This document shows positions 13,846 to 27,095 of a stretch of 64,000 nucleotides of DNA, one piece after another. The DNA lies in assembly GCF_001194135.2 (NCBI RefSeq), contig NC_069001.1:3514735-3578734 (forward strand). Direction: 5' to 3'. Each line of letters starts with the position of its first letter. Positions within the stretch are counted from its first letter, which is position 1. The notes under the pieces were generated by a model. That model did not search any database. It was not told the DNA's origin and saw only the letters and a program-made list of their open reading frames with translations. The DNA is from Octopus bimaculoides (Eukaryota). The translations under genes were made by a program, and so were the position numbers.

Positions 13846-14959
13846 CACATGTATTTGTTAGAAGCTGACAATTAACACTACTCAGGGTTTCTTGCCATGT
13901 ACAACACTTCAGGCAACATGAACAAAAGAACTCAGTTGCAGATTCACAGAATAAAGATTCACAGATTCACAGAATAAATGGCATGGAATTATTTAATTTT
14001 TCATTGGTTGGTTTTGGTCAAGTTTATAAAGAGCCTTGTAATGTAGGACTGGTTGCCAGTTGATGTAGTGGGAGGAGGAGGAGGTCTGTAGAAATGATCA
14101 ATACCTGTCTGCCACTTGTAGAGTACTAGGAAGAGATTGTTATGAGAAAGCAGAATTGTGGTAGACAGGTAAACAGTGTAATACTGTGATGCAGCTGCTG
14201 GTGGTGTCTTTAGTCAATGATCTGTGAGGATGAGGTAACCCCATCACCACCACCAATCCTTCTGTCTATAATTGAAACTTTTTTTTCAGGGGATACTGAA
14301 CAAATTCATCCAGAAAGAATTTCATCTGTAGACTATTACTGTTTTCCATTGGAGGGAAGGGAGGGTCATGTTTTAAATTAACACTATTAATAATGATTAT
14401 TGTGAGAAACATTAACTAGCATTTAATGTTGTTTTTAGTAAGGTGGGAGGGTCAATGTTGAAGCTAACACTATTAAAGAATCAACTGAAAACTAATTCCA
14501 TTTTCTTTGTATATGCAGTTATTTAACTACTCCAGACTAATTATCATTTCATTCTGTGTTGTCGTTATCTCTTGAAATACATTGAAACAATGCAATTTGA
14601 TAAAACTGAAGAGTTAATTTCTATATCAATGAAAGCTGTCATTTAAGATATCTCGTGTTTATTGATCTGGAAAGCTGAGAGAACAGTTACTCTGAAGCTG
14701 CTGCAATAACTGACGACATTATTATTTCTATTATTATTATTGTTATTGTTATCAAAAAGTCAACAAAATCAGACAATCTCTCATTGAGATGTAATGATAT
14801 CATACATTAAATTGAAGTCAATTTGTCATGTCAGCAATGAGATACAGCAGCACTATGGTTAACAATCATTAATGGTGGCACAAGAGATATATATATATAA
14901 TATATATTTGCATGTGTGTGTGTGAGTATTGATTTCTTCAGTAGGCATATTTAGATTTA

Positions 14960-15065
14960 GTGAGGGGAACAATCAATTACATCAATCCTCTTCCCCAGTA
15001 GTTGACTGGTACTTTATTTTAACAACTCTGAATGGATGAAGAAACAAAGTCAACCTTTGTGTATG
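14960..15065 (-). mobile_element. SINE family B fragment
   Basis: caattacatcaatcc..gactggtactttatttt..gatgaagaaacaaagtcaacct. Confidence 0.55.
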
Positions 15066-15289
15066 AAAAAGCAAAAAAGGATATAACTAAATACTGTAAA
15101 ACATTTTGTCAGATGTTTTAGCAACTCTGCAACTCTACCACCCTTTCTATATGAAGAATGCTTTATATATTTATACATACATACATATAAATGATACGTA
15201 TTTAGCACCATTTACTAAAATATTTCATGAATGTAATAGTCCTACAATTTACATCTGGTTAAGTTCTATAACAACCTTTGCGTGGGACG

Positions 15290-15445
15290 CTATATGACAG
15301 AATTCCACTCAGTTTCCTTCTAACAAGTTCCACACAAAAGGCATTGGTCAACTCCAGGCTATTGTAGAGCACATTTGTACAAAGTGTCACATCATGATGT
15401 CAAACTTGGAACCACATACTTCTGAATTGAACTTCTTAACCAGAG
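15290..15445 (-). mobile_element. SINE family A head fragment
   Basis: cagtttccttcta..aaggcattggtcaactccaggctattgtagag..gaaccacat..cttcttaacc. Confidence 0.65.
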
Positions 15446-16921
15446 ATACATAGATATGTAAAGTCAAAACCATGAAGGACCAAGTGATTAATAGGACCAA
15501 ATAACCAGCTGAGAGCACAGGGAGTTACTCTCTTGTCAGACACACAGCTGTGTCTATGGTCAAGACACTTTCAAATACCCCAGTCCACCAAGTTGTACCA
15601 CATAAGACAACTTGCTGCTCTAAGCAGCAGCAGCAGTTCCATTGTAAAATAGAAATGTGGTTTAATGAGTCTGCAGTACTAAGTTCGACCCAACTGTTGT
15701 AGGTCTGATGAACTCATGCACACAGTTACACACATGTTGCTACATATGCACAACATACTTGTACACATATTTAATTGACTGATGCATACAGAATTGAGGG
15801 GTTTGCTTTTTGTTCTTCAGATTTAAACAAAATAACTGACTGCAGATTTGATTTCCTGTACCATGAGGTAATAGACCAATGCCTTATCCATTCAGCCATT
15901 TCATCTTAAACAAACAAATAGACACAAACATACCAGTATAGTTTAGAAGTTTGTTTGTTTTTAATTGGTCACTACAAGCACTTTGCCAAATGACTATAAG
16001 AACACAAAATGTGCTCAATGTTATTGGAAATTTCAACATCAATGGTGATGTAGACAAATTATATTTTCCATGCAAAGAGACAGGCTGCGCCTTAAATCTA
16101 TTTTAATATTGTACAAGACCTGGGGTGTAACATCTTCAGAAGAGAAAAAAAGCTCAATAACTCTCCAAAATTCGTGAACACAAACATCATCAAGATAGCA
16201 AATGAACTTGAGGAGAGACGAAATAAAAAGCTGATGCAGATCTCTATCTCTCTCTCTCTCTCTCTCAAAGAACAACAAAATCAAAAATAGACCAGTTAAC
16301 TGAATAACAGACCCTAGAATGAATAAACTACATTAAAGGCCTAGCATGAAGTACTAACAAATTTATAAGACCTGACCTTGAAAGTTATTTCCATGCAATG
16401 CAAATGAAAGAAATCTCCACAAATACCTTCTACACTAAAGACATATGTTATCAGCTGGCAACAAATGTAGACTCTGCAAAACCAGAACTGAAGACATTAA
16501 CTACATAGTTGTCAACTCTGAAAGAATGACTCCCACAGTGCCTTCCTATAAAGCATTCTGTAGTAGACAGAGCAATCTAGAATAGAGTGAGTAAGGAAAT
16601 TGAAAATAATGATAAATATCATAAAACTGAAGATCAAAAGAATATCAGTGGAACCTAAGAATAGAAGCAGCAAACCAAACCAAATTAAAACACAACTGGC
16701 CTGATGTTGGTATTTGGAACCAGAAAATGAAAACACAATCTAGTGTGGAAGTCAGTTGCTCACAAGATGCCAAGATGGTATGGAAAATACAAAAGAAAGA
16801 AAATCATCTATGGGCTGTTGATGAAAAGTATGCATACATATATACACACACACACATATACATACATATAAATATGCACATGTATGTGTGTGTGTGTATA
16901 TGCATATGTGAATATATATAT

Positions 16922-16960
<39 letters not shown>

Positions 16961-18019
16961 TACAAATGTATATGCATCTATGTATCCATATATACATATA
17001 TACATATGTACAAATACATATGATGCATAAAACAGATTGAATATTCTTTCAATCATATCTTAATAATTAACAAACTATTTTCAACTCAATCATTGTGAAT
17101 TGAATAATGTATAAACACACGCACCCATCTACATCTTCATATACACACATGTCTATCATACAATATAATTTGTATAGGAACATATGAAACATATGTTTTA
17201 TACAATGGAATATCGTTTTTTGAAAAAAATATTTAAATATGCAAGCAATTGAAAATATTTATCAGAGCTAAAAGCACGATAATTTCTATGAGGCATAGAA
17301 AAAAAGATTAAAAGAAACTGGCAGCAAACTAACTCTAAAGCTGCACATGGCAACAAAGAAGAATGCAGAAACTATGTTTCTGAAAGCTGTAAAGATTGAA
17401 TTAAGAATAGAAGGAATTAACAAAGGATATCGCAGAAATTTGAATACGAGAGAAGTAAGGTTAATAGGTGTAGGTGTTTATCAAGCAGCTAAGCACTTCA
17501 CATCATAATCATCTAGTGAGGGTGCTTCTTTGTACTGTACACCCTCGACTGACCTACTCTGAATGTCTTCACTAAATCTTCCTCAACATCTGTAAGTTGT
17601 AAAGACCAGATGACCAATCAGTCCATCTCACGGCTTCAGAGATTAACCAATTACAACAGACTTGATTGAACTGACTCAACAATATACATCTGGTTGGCTA
17701 CACTTGACAGATAACTTGGCTCATTATATTAATTTGGAAGATATGTTTAAAATAAATGTATAAAATGTCTAATTAATTTTATTCTATTTGTATATTTAAT
17801 GAACAATAGCATCAATTGGTTTTTGCAATGGAACAATCATTTACATATCCAGTGGAGTGTCTGCACAACTAGTGCAGAATAAATACTACAAAGTATTTTC
17901 ATTTGATGCACTTGTTTCTCAGTGAAAGATATTAACATCAGTGAAGAAATTGCTAACGTATGCACATACACACATGCGCGTGCATGCACACACACACACG
18001 CACGCACGCGCACACTCAT

Positions 18020-18492
18020 TTGAGTTCAGCATGGTTTCCATCTACCAAATTAACCACACAAAATATTGGTTAACCTGAGGTTATGCACATGGTCCCAGAA
18101 TGAATTTAATTCAGAAACTTTTATTTCCAAACTAATGTTCTTATTCATTAGGTCACTTGCACCCATGGCTACTTTAGCCATGGGTTGATCAATACATATC
18201 AATGGAATTTGGTGAATGAAAACTGTACAGAAGTCCATTTTGTGTTAATGCACATACATGTGTGTATATGTGTGTGTGTGTGTGAATTTGTATGTATCTG
18301 TGGACATTGGTGTAAATGGTGCATTGAGTTGTGTCCCTTTATATCAAAAGTTTAACTTAGAAATTCAGTAAATAGAGACTGGTGCAATCACTAGAGTGAA
18401 ATAAATACTGAGGTTGATATGATCGACTAACATCTTTGAAGGTGGCAACTTCAGCAACTTGGCCAAGTTCAATGACTGAAACCAGTAAATAA
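18020..18492. mobile_element. Two divergently oriented SINE family A copies (about 18020..18150 minus; about 18168..18492 plus)
   Basis: First copy ggtttccatctaccaaatt..cctgaggttat; second copy ggaatttggtgaatgaaaactgtacagaagtcc, then a microsatellite, then ..aatgactgaaaccag. Confidence 0.65.
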
Positions 18493-19197
18493 ATAATATG
18501 CAAATTAGGGTAAATTTTGAAACAAATTGTCAAATGTCAAAAAAAAATAGAGTAGACAAAAAGAAAATATTTAGAAATAAAAGAAAGCAAAAAAAAAATG
18601 ACTGTTCACACTAAGACTACTGCATGGGAAAGGAGAATATATATATATATTGGTGGTGAAAAGCTGATAATAGAACTAACATTAAACAGATTTGTATTGA
18701 GAGAAAATATTAGTGAGATAAGTTTTACAATAATGTAGTGAAAAAGAAAGATCAATAATTGTGTGTTAAGGGCTGTAGTTGGAAGAAGTACTGTTACATA
18801 CTTGAAAACAATTTGAAATAAAACACAGAAAATGCTATCTATGCTTAATAAAAATGTTTCTCGAGAAATTACCAATAAATGTTTAGATAAAATGTTATCA
18901 TCTCATTATTGGATTATTGCCGAATGCAAACCATTTATTTCTTACATCATTGTAAATGTCTGTTAATGTGTGTGTATGATTTTGAGAGAAAGAGGGGGGG
19001 GGGAGAGAGAAAGAGAAATTGATAGTTGGATATGCAATGTATATATGTGTATATGTATGGTATATACATATATACGCACACATATACATACACTCACGCA
19101 CATGAATGTTTGTGTGTGTGTGGTGTGTATGTACATATATACACGTTACAAGTAAATGTATGAAGATGTGTACACATGTATGTGTGTTTGTGTATGG

Positions 19198-19234
<37 letters not shown>

Positions 19235-19245
19235 TNNNNNNNNNN

Positions 19246-19283
<38 letters not shown>

Positions 19284-19329
19284 GACAGACACACAGATAG
19301 ATATCATCATTGTCTGAATTGGTTCTTAT

Positions 19330-19465
19330 TTGGAATGCCTTCTGTCTTAGATGGGACAAAAGGTCACATCTTACTCATATGTTTCCATTTTGGTGTCAAT
19401 GGCTGGATGCTCTTCCTGAAGCCATCCACTTTATGAGGTGGACTGGGTGCATTTCCCTGCTAGGA
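19330..19465 (-). mobile_element. SINE family C fragment
   Basis: ggctggatgctcttcctgaagccatccacttt..gactgggtgc. Confidence 0.65.
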
Positions 19466-19830
19466 AGCAGAATTGCCTGGCCCATTCCTAGAACAAAATA
19501 CATTGGGAAAGTAACACTCCTACTCCGTTGTATCATCTCTGAGACAAACCAGTAGTTATCAGAGTGCATTTAATTTTAATAGTACAAAAGTTTGTATATG
19601 TTGGATTATTTCCTTACATTTCAGAAGACATGTCTATAAAATACCAAACTTTTACTTTCTTTTTAAGTTTTTAAATTTTATTTGCACTTTAGTAGGTATT
19701 ATTTACTTGGGTTTTAATTTTGATATATGGTCTTTGATGGAGAGGGTATGTTTTCATTTAACAGCCAGCAATAAATATCTAACATTGCTCCCAGAAGTAT
19801 GTATGTATGTATTTATATAAACTTTCTCTA

Positions 19831-19864
<34 letters not shown>

Positions 19865-21109
19865 TTAGATATATAGAAAATACTAACAATCTAAGCAACA
19901 CCATTAGAAAAAGAAATATATCATGGTATAATCCTCCAGAAAACTTAACCATTATAAAACCAATATCACAAAACTTTTTCACTGTGCTATCAAAACACAT
20001 TCACTCAAAACAAAAACGTTTTTACTAAAAAACACAATGTACTCTTAGAGTCCTGTCGTACTTTCTCCACATAAATCTATCAAACCTATTAGAAGCTAAA
20101 TATTTCAATGAAATGCAGTTAGTTTAATGTAAAAATCATGAATGAAATTTGTGGATATGATATAATAATCATTGGTATCCATTATGAATGTGATTTTTAT
20201 CTGTTGTCATGTCACTTTAACCTACTCAGGTAGATTGAATATAGGTAAATTGATATCATGTAGGTGTTTTCACATATATTTACAAGATATCGATTCCTGG
20301 GCATTGATTTCCTGTCTACAAGTTGAATTTGTACTCCAGTTCATCTCTGTAACTTGGAAACTGCACAGCTCTCATTACAGAAAGCCTTCTCAGATAAGCC
20401 TTCATCTCCATTCAAAGGTTTTGTAAGGCTCAAGAAATGAACATTATTTACTCTTATTATAATAATCTTGCTCCCATCATAGACTCACCAGTATGCATTT
20501 AAAATATATCAGCAAATTGATGTTTTTTTTTAATCCTTATCACTCACTAATTAAAACATCAATGCAATATCAACTTCCTGACAACTCCACTTCAGCTCAG
20601 AATCGATAAATCTCAGATAGCTGAGGTGTACAGATGATACTGAAATATCACATTATTTTCTCCAAGAACCGGACTCTCTTTCTCTAATTAAATCATAATA
20701 TATGAGCAATGATAAATAAATCATTAATAAATAACATCATTGGATTCTAACTCACTACTTGTAGTATTAACTGCTACTATGCTTGAAAATCAAGGGAGGA
20801 AAAGTTCAGAGAAATTCACTTCATGAAATACAAAAATACAAAAACATGGTGCAAACAGGAAGTTCCCTGAGGCTAAACTTTATTTCTTGAACAGAAGAGT
20901 GTTTAATTCTAGTTTTCAACCCCAAACAACAATACTATTTGAATTGCAGCCATGTACAGTTGTGTATCTGTTGACAGTTGTGATTACTGACAGTGTAGGA
21001 GTTTAGACTCAAAATATCCTATTCTCCAACACCTTAATTTCCCACAAACACTACTGTCCTCAACTATTCTTCAACTTAATAAATCCTATCATTATGTCCA
21101 CCATACAAC

Positions 21110-21450
21110 CAAAAACTTTAGTCATCATCAGCTGCTTCAGATGACTTTCAGTGTCACCTGGATGCAGAAAGTGACCAATGAACCACTTTATGACAAACTC
21201 CCCCTGTTGAGCAAGAAGACAGTAGGAAGATGGCTACAGATTTTGGGGAACCATTTGTGACTTCTCAGCCAAGTCATTGTCTAGGAACTGACCCATGTAT
21301 GGACATCCTTCCACAATTATGGTCAAAACCCTGATATATGGAAAATGGTGTAGTGAGTGCTGATGAACATTGGACACTGATGACAGAACAGGATATGTGA
21401 TGCATTTGTCATTGTGCAAGGCAAATGAAAATTGTAAGTGATAGATGATG
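21110..21450 (+). mobile_element. 3' end of a decayed RTE-like LINE (second subfamily)
   Basis: WMQKVTNEPLYDKLPLLSKKTVGRWLQILGNH..SQVIV*E..GHPSTIMVKTL..VSADEHWTLM resembles the RTE ORF2 C-terminus (TNE.LYG.LP.VS.KI..RRL.LAGH..LW.P.HG..T..D.L..M.DR). Confidence 0.7.
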
Positions 21451-21667
21451 ATGGTTTAATCCCCGTTATACTGAGGGACCACCAAGTAACTTTAGTCACA
21501 ATTATTTTCTGTACATAAAAGCAACATTAATAACATCATAATGTTTATAAATTAATTCATAAAATATATTTCCTGTTTTTAAAAGACATTTTATACTGTG
21601 CTTATTAGATATCTTATAATGTAAAAATAATAATCGACATAGCACAGTCATGCATCTAAAGTCTGTT

Positions 21668-21707
<40 letters not shown>

Positions 21708-22329
21708 ACACACACACACACACACATGTGCACACAGGCATACATGATGAAATTTACAAATTCTTTTGGAAAATTAAAAGAATGATTTCTAATCAAAGAA
21801 AAGTAAATATGAATTTACTCTTTTCACCTATTCATAGAGTGTATATTTCTGAACAGTGTAGACAAATGTATAAATAGTAACCTATGCATTTTGATCAGTT
21901 TTAATGTAACCCAGAAAGAAACCTAATTTTTGCACATCAGAAATGCACACTGATCAGATGCCCTAGATTTTGGAAAATTCATTCATACAAAATGGAATAT
22001 TCTTGTACGCTACACTTAATGAAACTGCAGACTATATATACTGTATAACAGCCCTGACCTTTGTATCCATTTAAATATGTCCCACTTTCAAAAATAGCTT
22101 CGTTCCACGATGTTACAAATCACCTGAACTATTTGATACACTTTGCTTACAAATTCCTTGTTTCTTGACTAATTTGAAACACTAGGCATTTATTTTGAAT
22201 CTACAATCTCCAGACTTCCTAATGGTGCACTCAAATTTTTTTGACAGAGTTGCACACAGGGAAATGACCATGAACGTTAGTTGCATTATTATTTGTGTCG
22301 ATCTTATTGAAACAGAAGGCTAGTATAGA

Positions 22330-23215
22330 CAGTTATGACAATATAATTTTATTCAAATATGGTGAAACATACTACAGGTTTACTAGGGAATGTAACCTAG
22401 TTGAAAATTTGAAAAATAATTGTGTTATTTACTCGCATATTTAAGATTTGAATATATGATTAGCTAATTTGCATATATAATCAAAAATTAATTCTCTTTT
22501 GCACAAGGAACCAGCATACCAAGTTTGATCAGTGTGCTACTTATAAAGCTTGAGATATTTCATTTAGGCATCTCGAGATTTGTGTATTAAAATTTCCCTG
22601 AAAATGCACTTTCAAGAGTCAATTGTACAAATATGCAATAAATCATATTAATTTAATTTGTAAACTGAAGACTTTTCAAAACTGTGATACCTGACACATT
22701 TTTTATTAAATTTATATATCATATTTTAAAAATATACTTTAGTCAAATATGTAAACTTGCAAGCTAGATGGTGATGTCAATAGTGCCAGTAGCACAAAAA
22801 AAGCACCCAGTACACTCTGTAAAGTGGTTGGTGTTAGGAAGAGCATCCAGCAGTAGAAATCATACCAAAGCAGACATTAGAGCATGATGCAGTCCTTGGA
22901 CTCATGGGAGCCTTGTCAAACTGTCCGACCTGTGCCAGCATGGAATATGGACATTAAATGAAGATGATTTCATAATGTGAAAGTGACAGATTTAGTAGAT
23001 GAAAATAGCATACAGTGAATACATAATATCTAAACATGTATGTAATATTTAATAATATATCAATGTCTAATTATGTATGCAAATTAGCTAATTATATATA
23101 CAAATTTCAAATATGCAAATTAAGCATGATAATTTTCCTAACTTTCAACATGGTTATATCCTTCAATAAATCTGTTATATGTTTTACTAGAATTGTTGTA
23201 TTTGTCATAGTAACC
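22330..23215. mobile_element. Non-autonomous fold-back / MITE-like element with about 150-bp diverged terminal inverted repeats
   Basis: 22330..22482 matches the reverse complement of 23069..23215 (e.g. gtgaaacatactacaggtttactagggaatgtaacctagttg vs gtaaaacatataacagatttattgaaggatataaccatgttg; gattagctaatttgcata vs aattagctaatttgcata). It is non-coding and has a SINE nested inside. No TSD was identified. Confidence 0.7.
22770..22970 (+). mobile_element. SINE family C copy nested in the fold-back element
   Basis: aagcacccagtacactctgtaaagtggttggtgttaggaagagcatccagc..gccagcatggaatatggacattaaatgaagatgat. Confidence 0.85.
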
Positions 23216-23745
23216 CTTAGATTAGCATCACACCCTTAATATATATTTCTAGTTATCAGCATACCATGATTACACATGTCTAATTAGGCAACACACCTTG
23301 TATACATGTCTCTAATTAATACACTCTGAATACACATGGTGGATTAGCAATGACCTGAATATACATCTCTAATTAGCAACACACTCTTGAATACATATTT
23401 CCATCAGCAAACTCCCTTGAACACATATTTAGTTAGCAATCTTCTTTGAATATATATATCTAATTAGCAACATCCTTGAATATACATCTTTAATTAACAA
23501 CATACCATGAACACATATAACTAAATAACAACACATTCTGAATACACATCCCTAATTAGCAACACACTCTGGAAACACATTTCTAATTAGGAACAATTAG
23601 GAACTGTTGTACACATCTCCAATTAGCAACTTTCTGAATACACATCTCTAATAGCAGTACACAGAATACACATTTGTAATTAACAACACACTCTGAATGC
23701 AAAGCAATACACTATAATATACGTCTTTAATTGGCAACACCCCAT
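23215..23745. repeat. Degenerate minisatellite, about 30-bp unit, about 16 copies
   Basis: The consensus is approximately CTAATTAGCAACACACTCTGAATACACAT(CT), repeated head-to-tail without unique spacers. Confidence 0.9.
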
Positions 23746-24963
23746 TATTAAATGTCCTGTGTCCACTTGTCTTTCAGATCTCAGTTAAAGCTTTATATAC
23801 TCTTGACCACTGAATAGAAGAATAGATAAATCTTTCCTATTCCAAACAGGATAGGACACCACCACAGGTTACATTTTCTAGACAAACTGGTACCTATATA
23901 CCTATACACCTTTGAGATTTTGGTTCTCAACCTGGGGCATGAATACTCCCTTCCACAATAAAAAAATTTGAGATATAATATAGGACCTGTAATCTGAAAT
24001 AACTTTAAAATCTGGTTTAAATAGATGGGTTAAAGTATGTCAGAGTGACTCTGTGCTTGGTAAGCTATGTTCAACATTACCTCATTTCACTATCTATTTG
24101 TAAGATCATTTGGGAATGTTACTATGAGAGGCTGGTCTTATCCAGGAAGTGGAGATGTATTTATATCACATCCACTTCACACTATAAAGCTGAAACTAAG
24201 CAAATATCCCTTCAAAGACCCATGGGGCTTAAAAGACATTTACAGTTACATTACATCTTCACAATTCTCATCATTGTTGTTATTGCTGTCCTGTTACCAT
24301 AGATTCGTGAATAAAAGTTCAGCAACAGAACAGATAGATATATAGTGGATATATGGTTGATGAGTGGCACTTATTCAGCTCACAATGGAAGACATTAATT
24401 ATAATAAACAGATCAGTTTAAGTTGAGAGCTTTTACAAGAAAAAAAAATCAATAATTCAGTCATGTAGAGCATCGATGCTATTAACAATATCAGAAGTGT
24501 CAATGTAGCTTTGATGCCTGCTAATCTATAAGCTATTAAGAGTGCTTCTATGAAATATTGGTCACTAAGCTTCAACAGGATTTCCTTCTTTAAAAACCAC
24601 AAGAACACTTCTGCTTTTGAATTCTTGATTTACCAACTTAAGAAAATCTCTAAAAATAATTTCAGGTTTTATATAAATTCTAAATGGTTCAGTTTTGGAA
24701 CACAAGGGTCTACTATAGACCAGCAATAGAGCTTATATGGACAGACACAATGAGACATAATGATGTACTATGGCAGTGCAGTTAGAATACTGATGGATAA
24801 CTGCCTGTAAGGTTACAAGTTCAAACTATAGTATTTCAAACATTCCATTCATCTCTGAATACAACTAGCTTTTTTGAAACTACTGCAACTGAGACTACCC
24901 TTTGACTNNNNNNNNNNNNNNNNNNNNNNNNNNNNNNNNNNNNNNNNNNNNNNNNNNNNNNNN

Positions 24964-24997
<34 letters not shown>

Positions 24998-26934
24998 GTA
25001 TGTGGGTGTGTTTGTGTATGTACATATGTGTGTGTGTGTGTGTGTACATACCAACCAAAGTCATAACCAACCCAGTGACATAACTCCTAACTAAATCCCC
25101 TACCCAATTTGTCTCATCACCTTTTCGCAGCAACCTCAAACCAGATGTGTCCTCCACCTCCAAAAATAGAGAGCAGTCACCATATTTCATTCCATATTGG
25201 CTACCTCTGATGAGCATAGGGTTATATAATCGGATTGTTACCTAACACTCCATTGCACCCCTAGCATGAAACCGATTGGTAAGATCAGCCATGATGGATA
25301 TATAACATTGTACACTTTAGATAATATATATATATACACACACACATACACATACATATTTGAAAGAAGACCTGTTCCAAATATATCTATTGACTTCTTC
25401 TCACACATACATACATGCACACACACACACATATATATAAAGAAACTAGACTTCAATGTAGGTGAAGTTAGTGGAGGGAGTAGTGGTGCTATAAATCAGC
25501 TGATAGTCAATAGTAAATATGAGAGAGTCAGTTCTCACCTATGTTGTAGAGTAAGTTGAGAAGCTTTGATCAACTAAGCTTATCGAATCAATTGGATAAT
25601 CTGTACTTAGTATGCAGAATGCTCCTGAAAAGTTTTTTCTCAGCCATGTTGTTGATAGGTCAACAGGTCGCTGTATCCACCACACTACATTAACATTTGC
25701 TTCAGTAAATGGTAGTTAAGTCGATGTTAGCATATTTGATGCAAGGAGCATCAAAATAGTGAACTTGAAAAAAATATGCAGTAGTAAATAAATAACATTA
25801 GTCAATGACTAATAATATTTCCATTTGTATACAGACAATAGAATGTGTTTTAGTTTTATTCTGAGCTCATCAGCAAAATATAGGTTTCAACAGAATGCAG
25901 TAATACAAGTAGTAAGAAGAGTGGGAGTTGTAGAGGTAATAGCCAGGTTTTGTTCTAGTGAGTCACTGATAACAACAGGAGTGGTCAGCTGTGTAATGTC
26001 CAGAGGAAATAATCTAAAAGAACTCATAAGTAAATGGACAACCAATCTGTTCTCTTTGTTCAGTCACACAAACAGAGTAAATAATGTAAGTATGATAATG
26101 TATTGCAGAGTAAATAGATCGGCTATGATTTCTTATTAACAGCAACCTGACTAATGGGTGTATAATCAGTAGATAATGGATGTATAAATAATAGGCTGGC
26201 TGCAGACAATACAAACATGTACCAATGATTATAGCTGTTGTTGTTTAGCAAAAGTTGTTGTTTAGCTCCAAATTAGTCTTAGTTGTGCAGCTGTATGATC
26301 AAATGCAATCCAGCCATGGCAGTCTGCCTTTTTAGGAGGTTTTTTTTTTATAACTAACTACATTATCCACTGTATCCTTTCTTTACTCTGAGATGGTAGT
26401 GTATTTCCTTTCTTTTCTCTGAAATGGTATCAGAGGTGGGATTCACTGTAAAGGATGTAACTAAATATGGTCGGATATAAAATCTAATGCCCTCCTACAT
26501 CACACACTCCATAACCCTTGCCAATGGGTGAGCATTTATGTGGTCACTCAACCTGCTAGAAATATCAATCAACTTCCCTCAATCACATTCCAGTTTTAAA
26601 AATGGGAAGATTGCATTAATATAGTCCAAGAAAAACCTAAAAGAAGGAACCTAAAAGAATCCATGGTCATACAGATTTTGATCACAAGTGCGTCTGATAT
26701 AATAACAAATAATAATATACATAATAGTTTCAAAAGGAAACATTCTGCTTACCTATGTTGCTGCTGAAATTTCCATAATTTAGTATATACATCAAAAGTC
26801 CTACCAAAGTAGGACTGCCATTGTTTATGGCCATACTGAGGCAAATCTCTGAAAAAGAAAAAGCAAGCAATGAAAAAAATATATACACAAAAAAATAAGA
26901 TAAAAGATTTCTTACATTGCTACAATGTCAAAGA

Positions 26935-26998
<64 letters not shown>

Positions 26999-27015
26999 GC
27001 AATAATAATAATAAT
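26935..27015. repeat. (AAT)n microsatellite
   Basis: Direct reading. Confidence 0.95.
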
Positions 27016-27095
27016 GATGATTTCAAATTTTGGCACAAGGCCAGAAAGTTCCAGGGCGGGGGGGGGGAGTAAATCAGCAGAGTGTGATTTGAACA
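27015..27095 (-). mobile_element. SINE family B 3' fragment ending in (AAT)n
   Basis: tttcaaattttggcacaaggccagaaa is the reverse complement of the 3' end of the copy at 38030..38245. Confidence 0.65.

Noticed and set aside
20340-20422. Possible plus-strand exon HLCNLETAQLSLQKAFSDKPSSPFKGF
   Set aside because: The donor site is weak, there is no homology I can recognise and no partner exons; splice-like signals are frequent by chance in 64 kb.
23215-23745. CRISPR-like periodicity
   Set aside because: The units are contiguous and diverged with no unique spacers, there are no cas genes, and the context is eukaryotic.
24100-24900. Weak RTE RT-like peptides (e.g. IFTILIIVVIAVL, FFETTATETTL)
   Set aside because: The similarity is too slight to support without an alignment tool.
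25840-26060. Minus-strand LYFADE resembling the CR1 RT YADD motif
   Set aside because: The upstream GVPQGS motif is not recognisable; may be chance.
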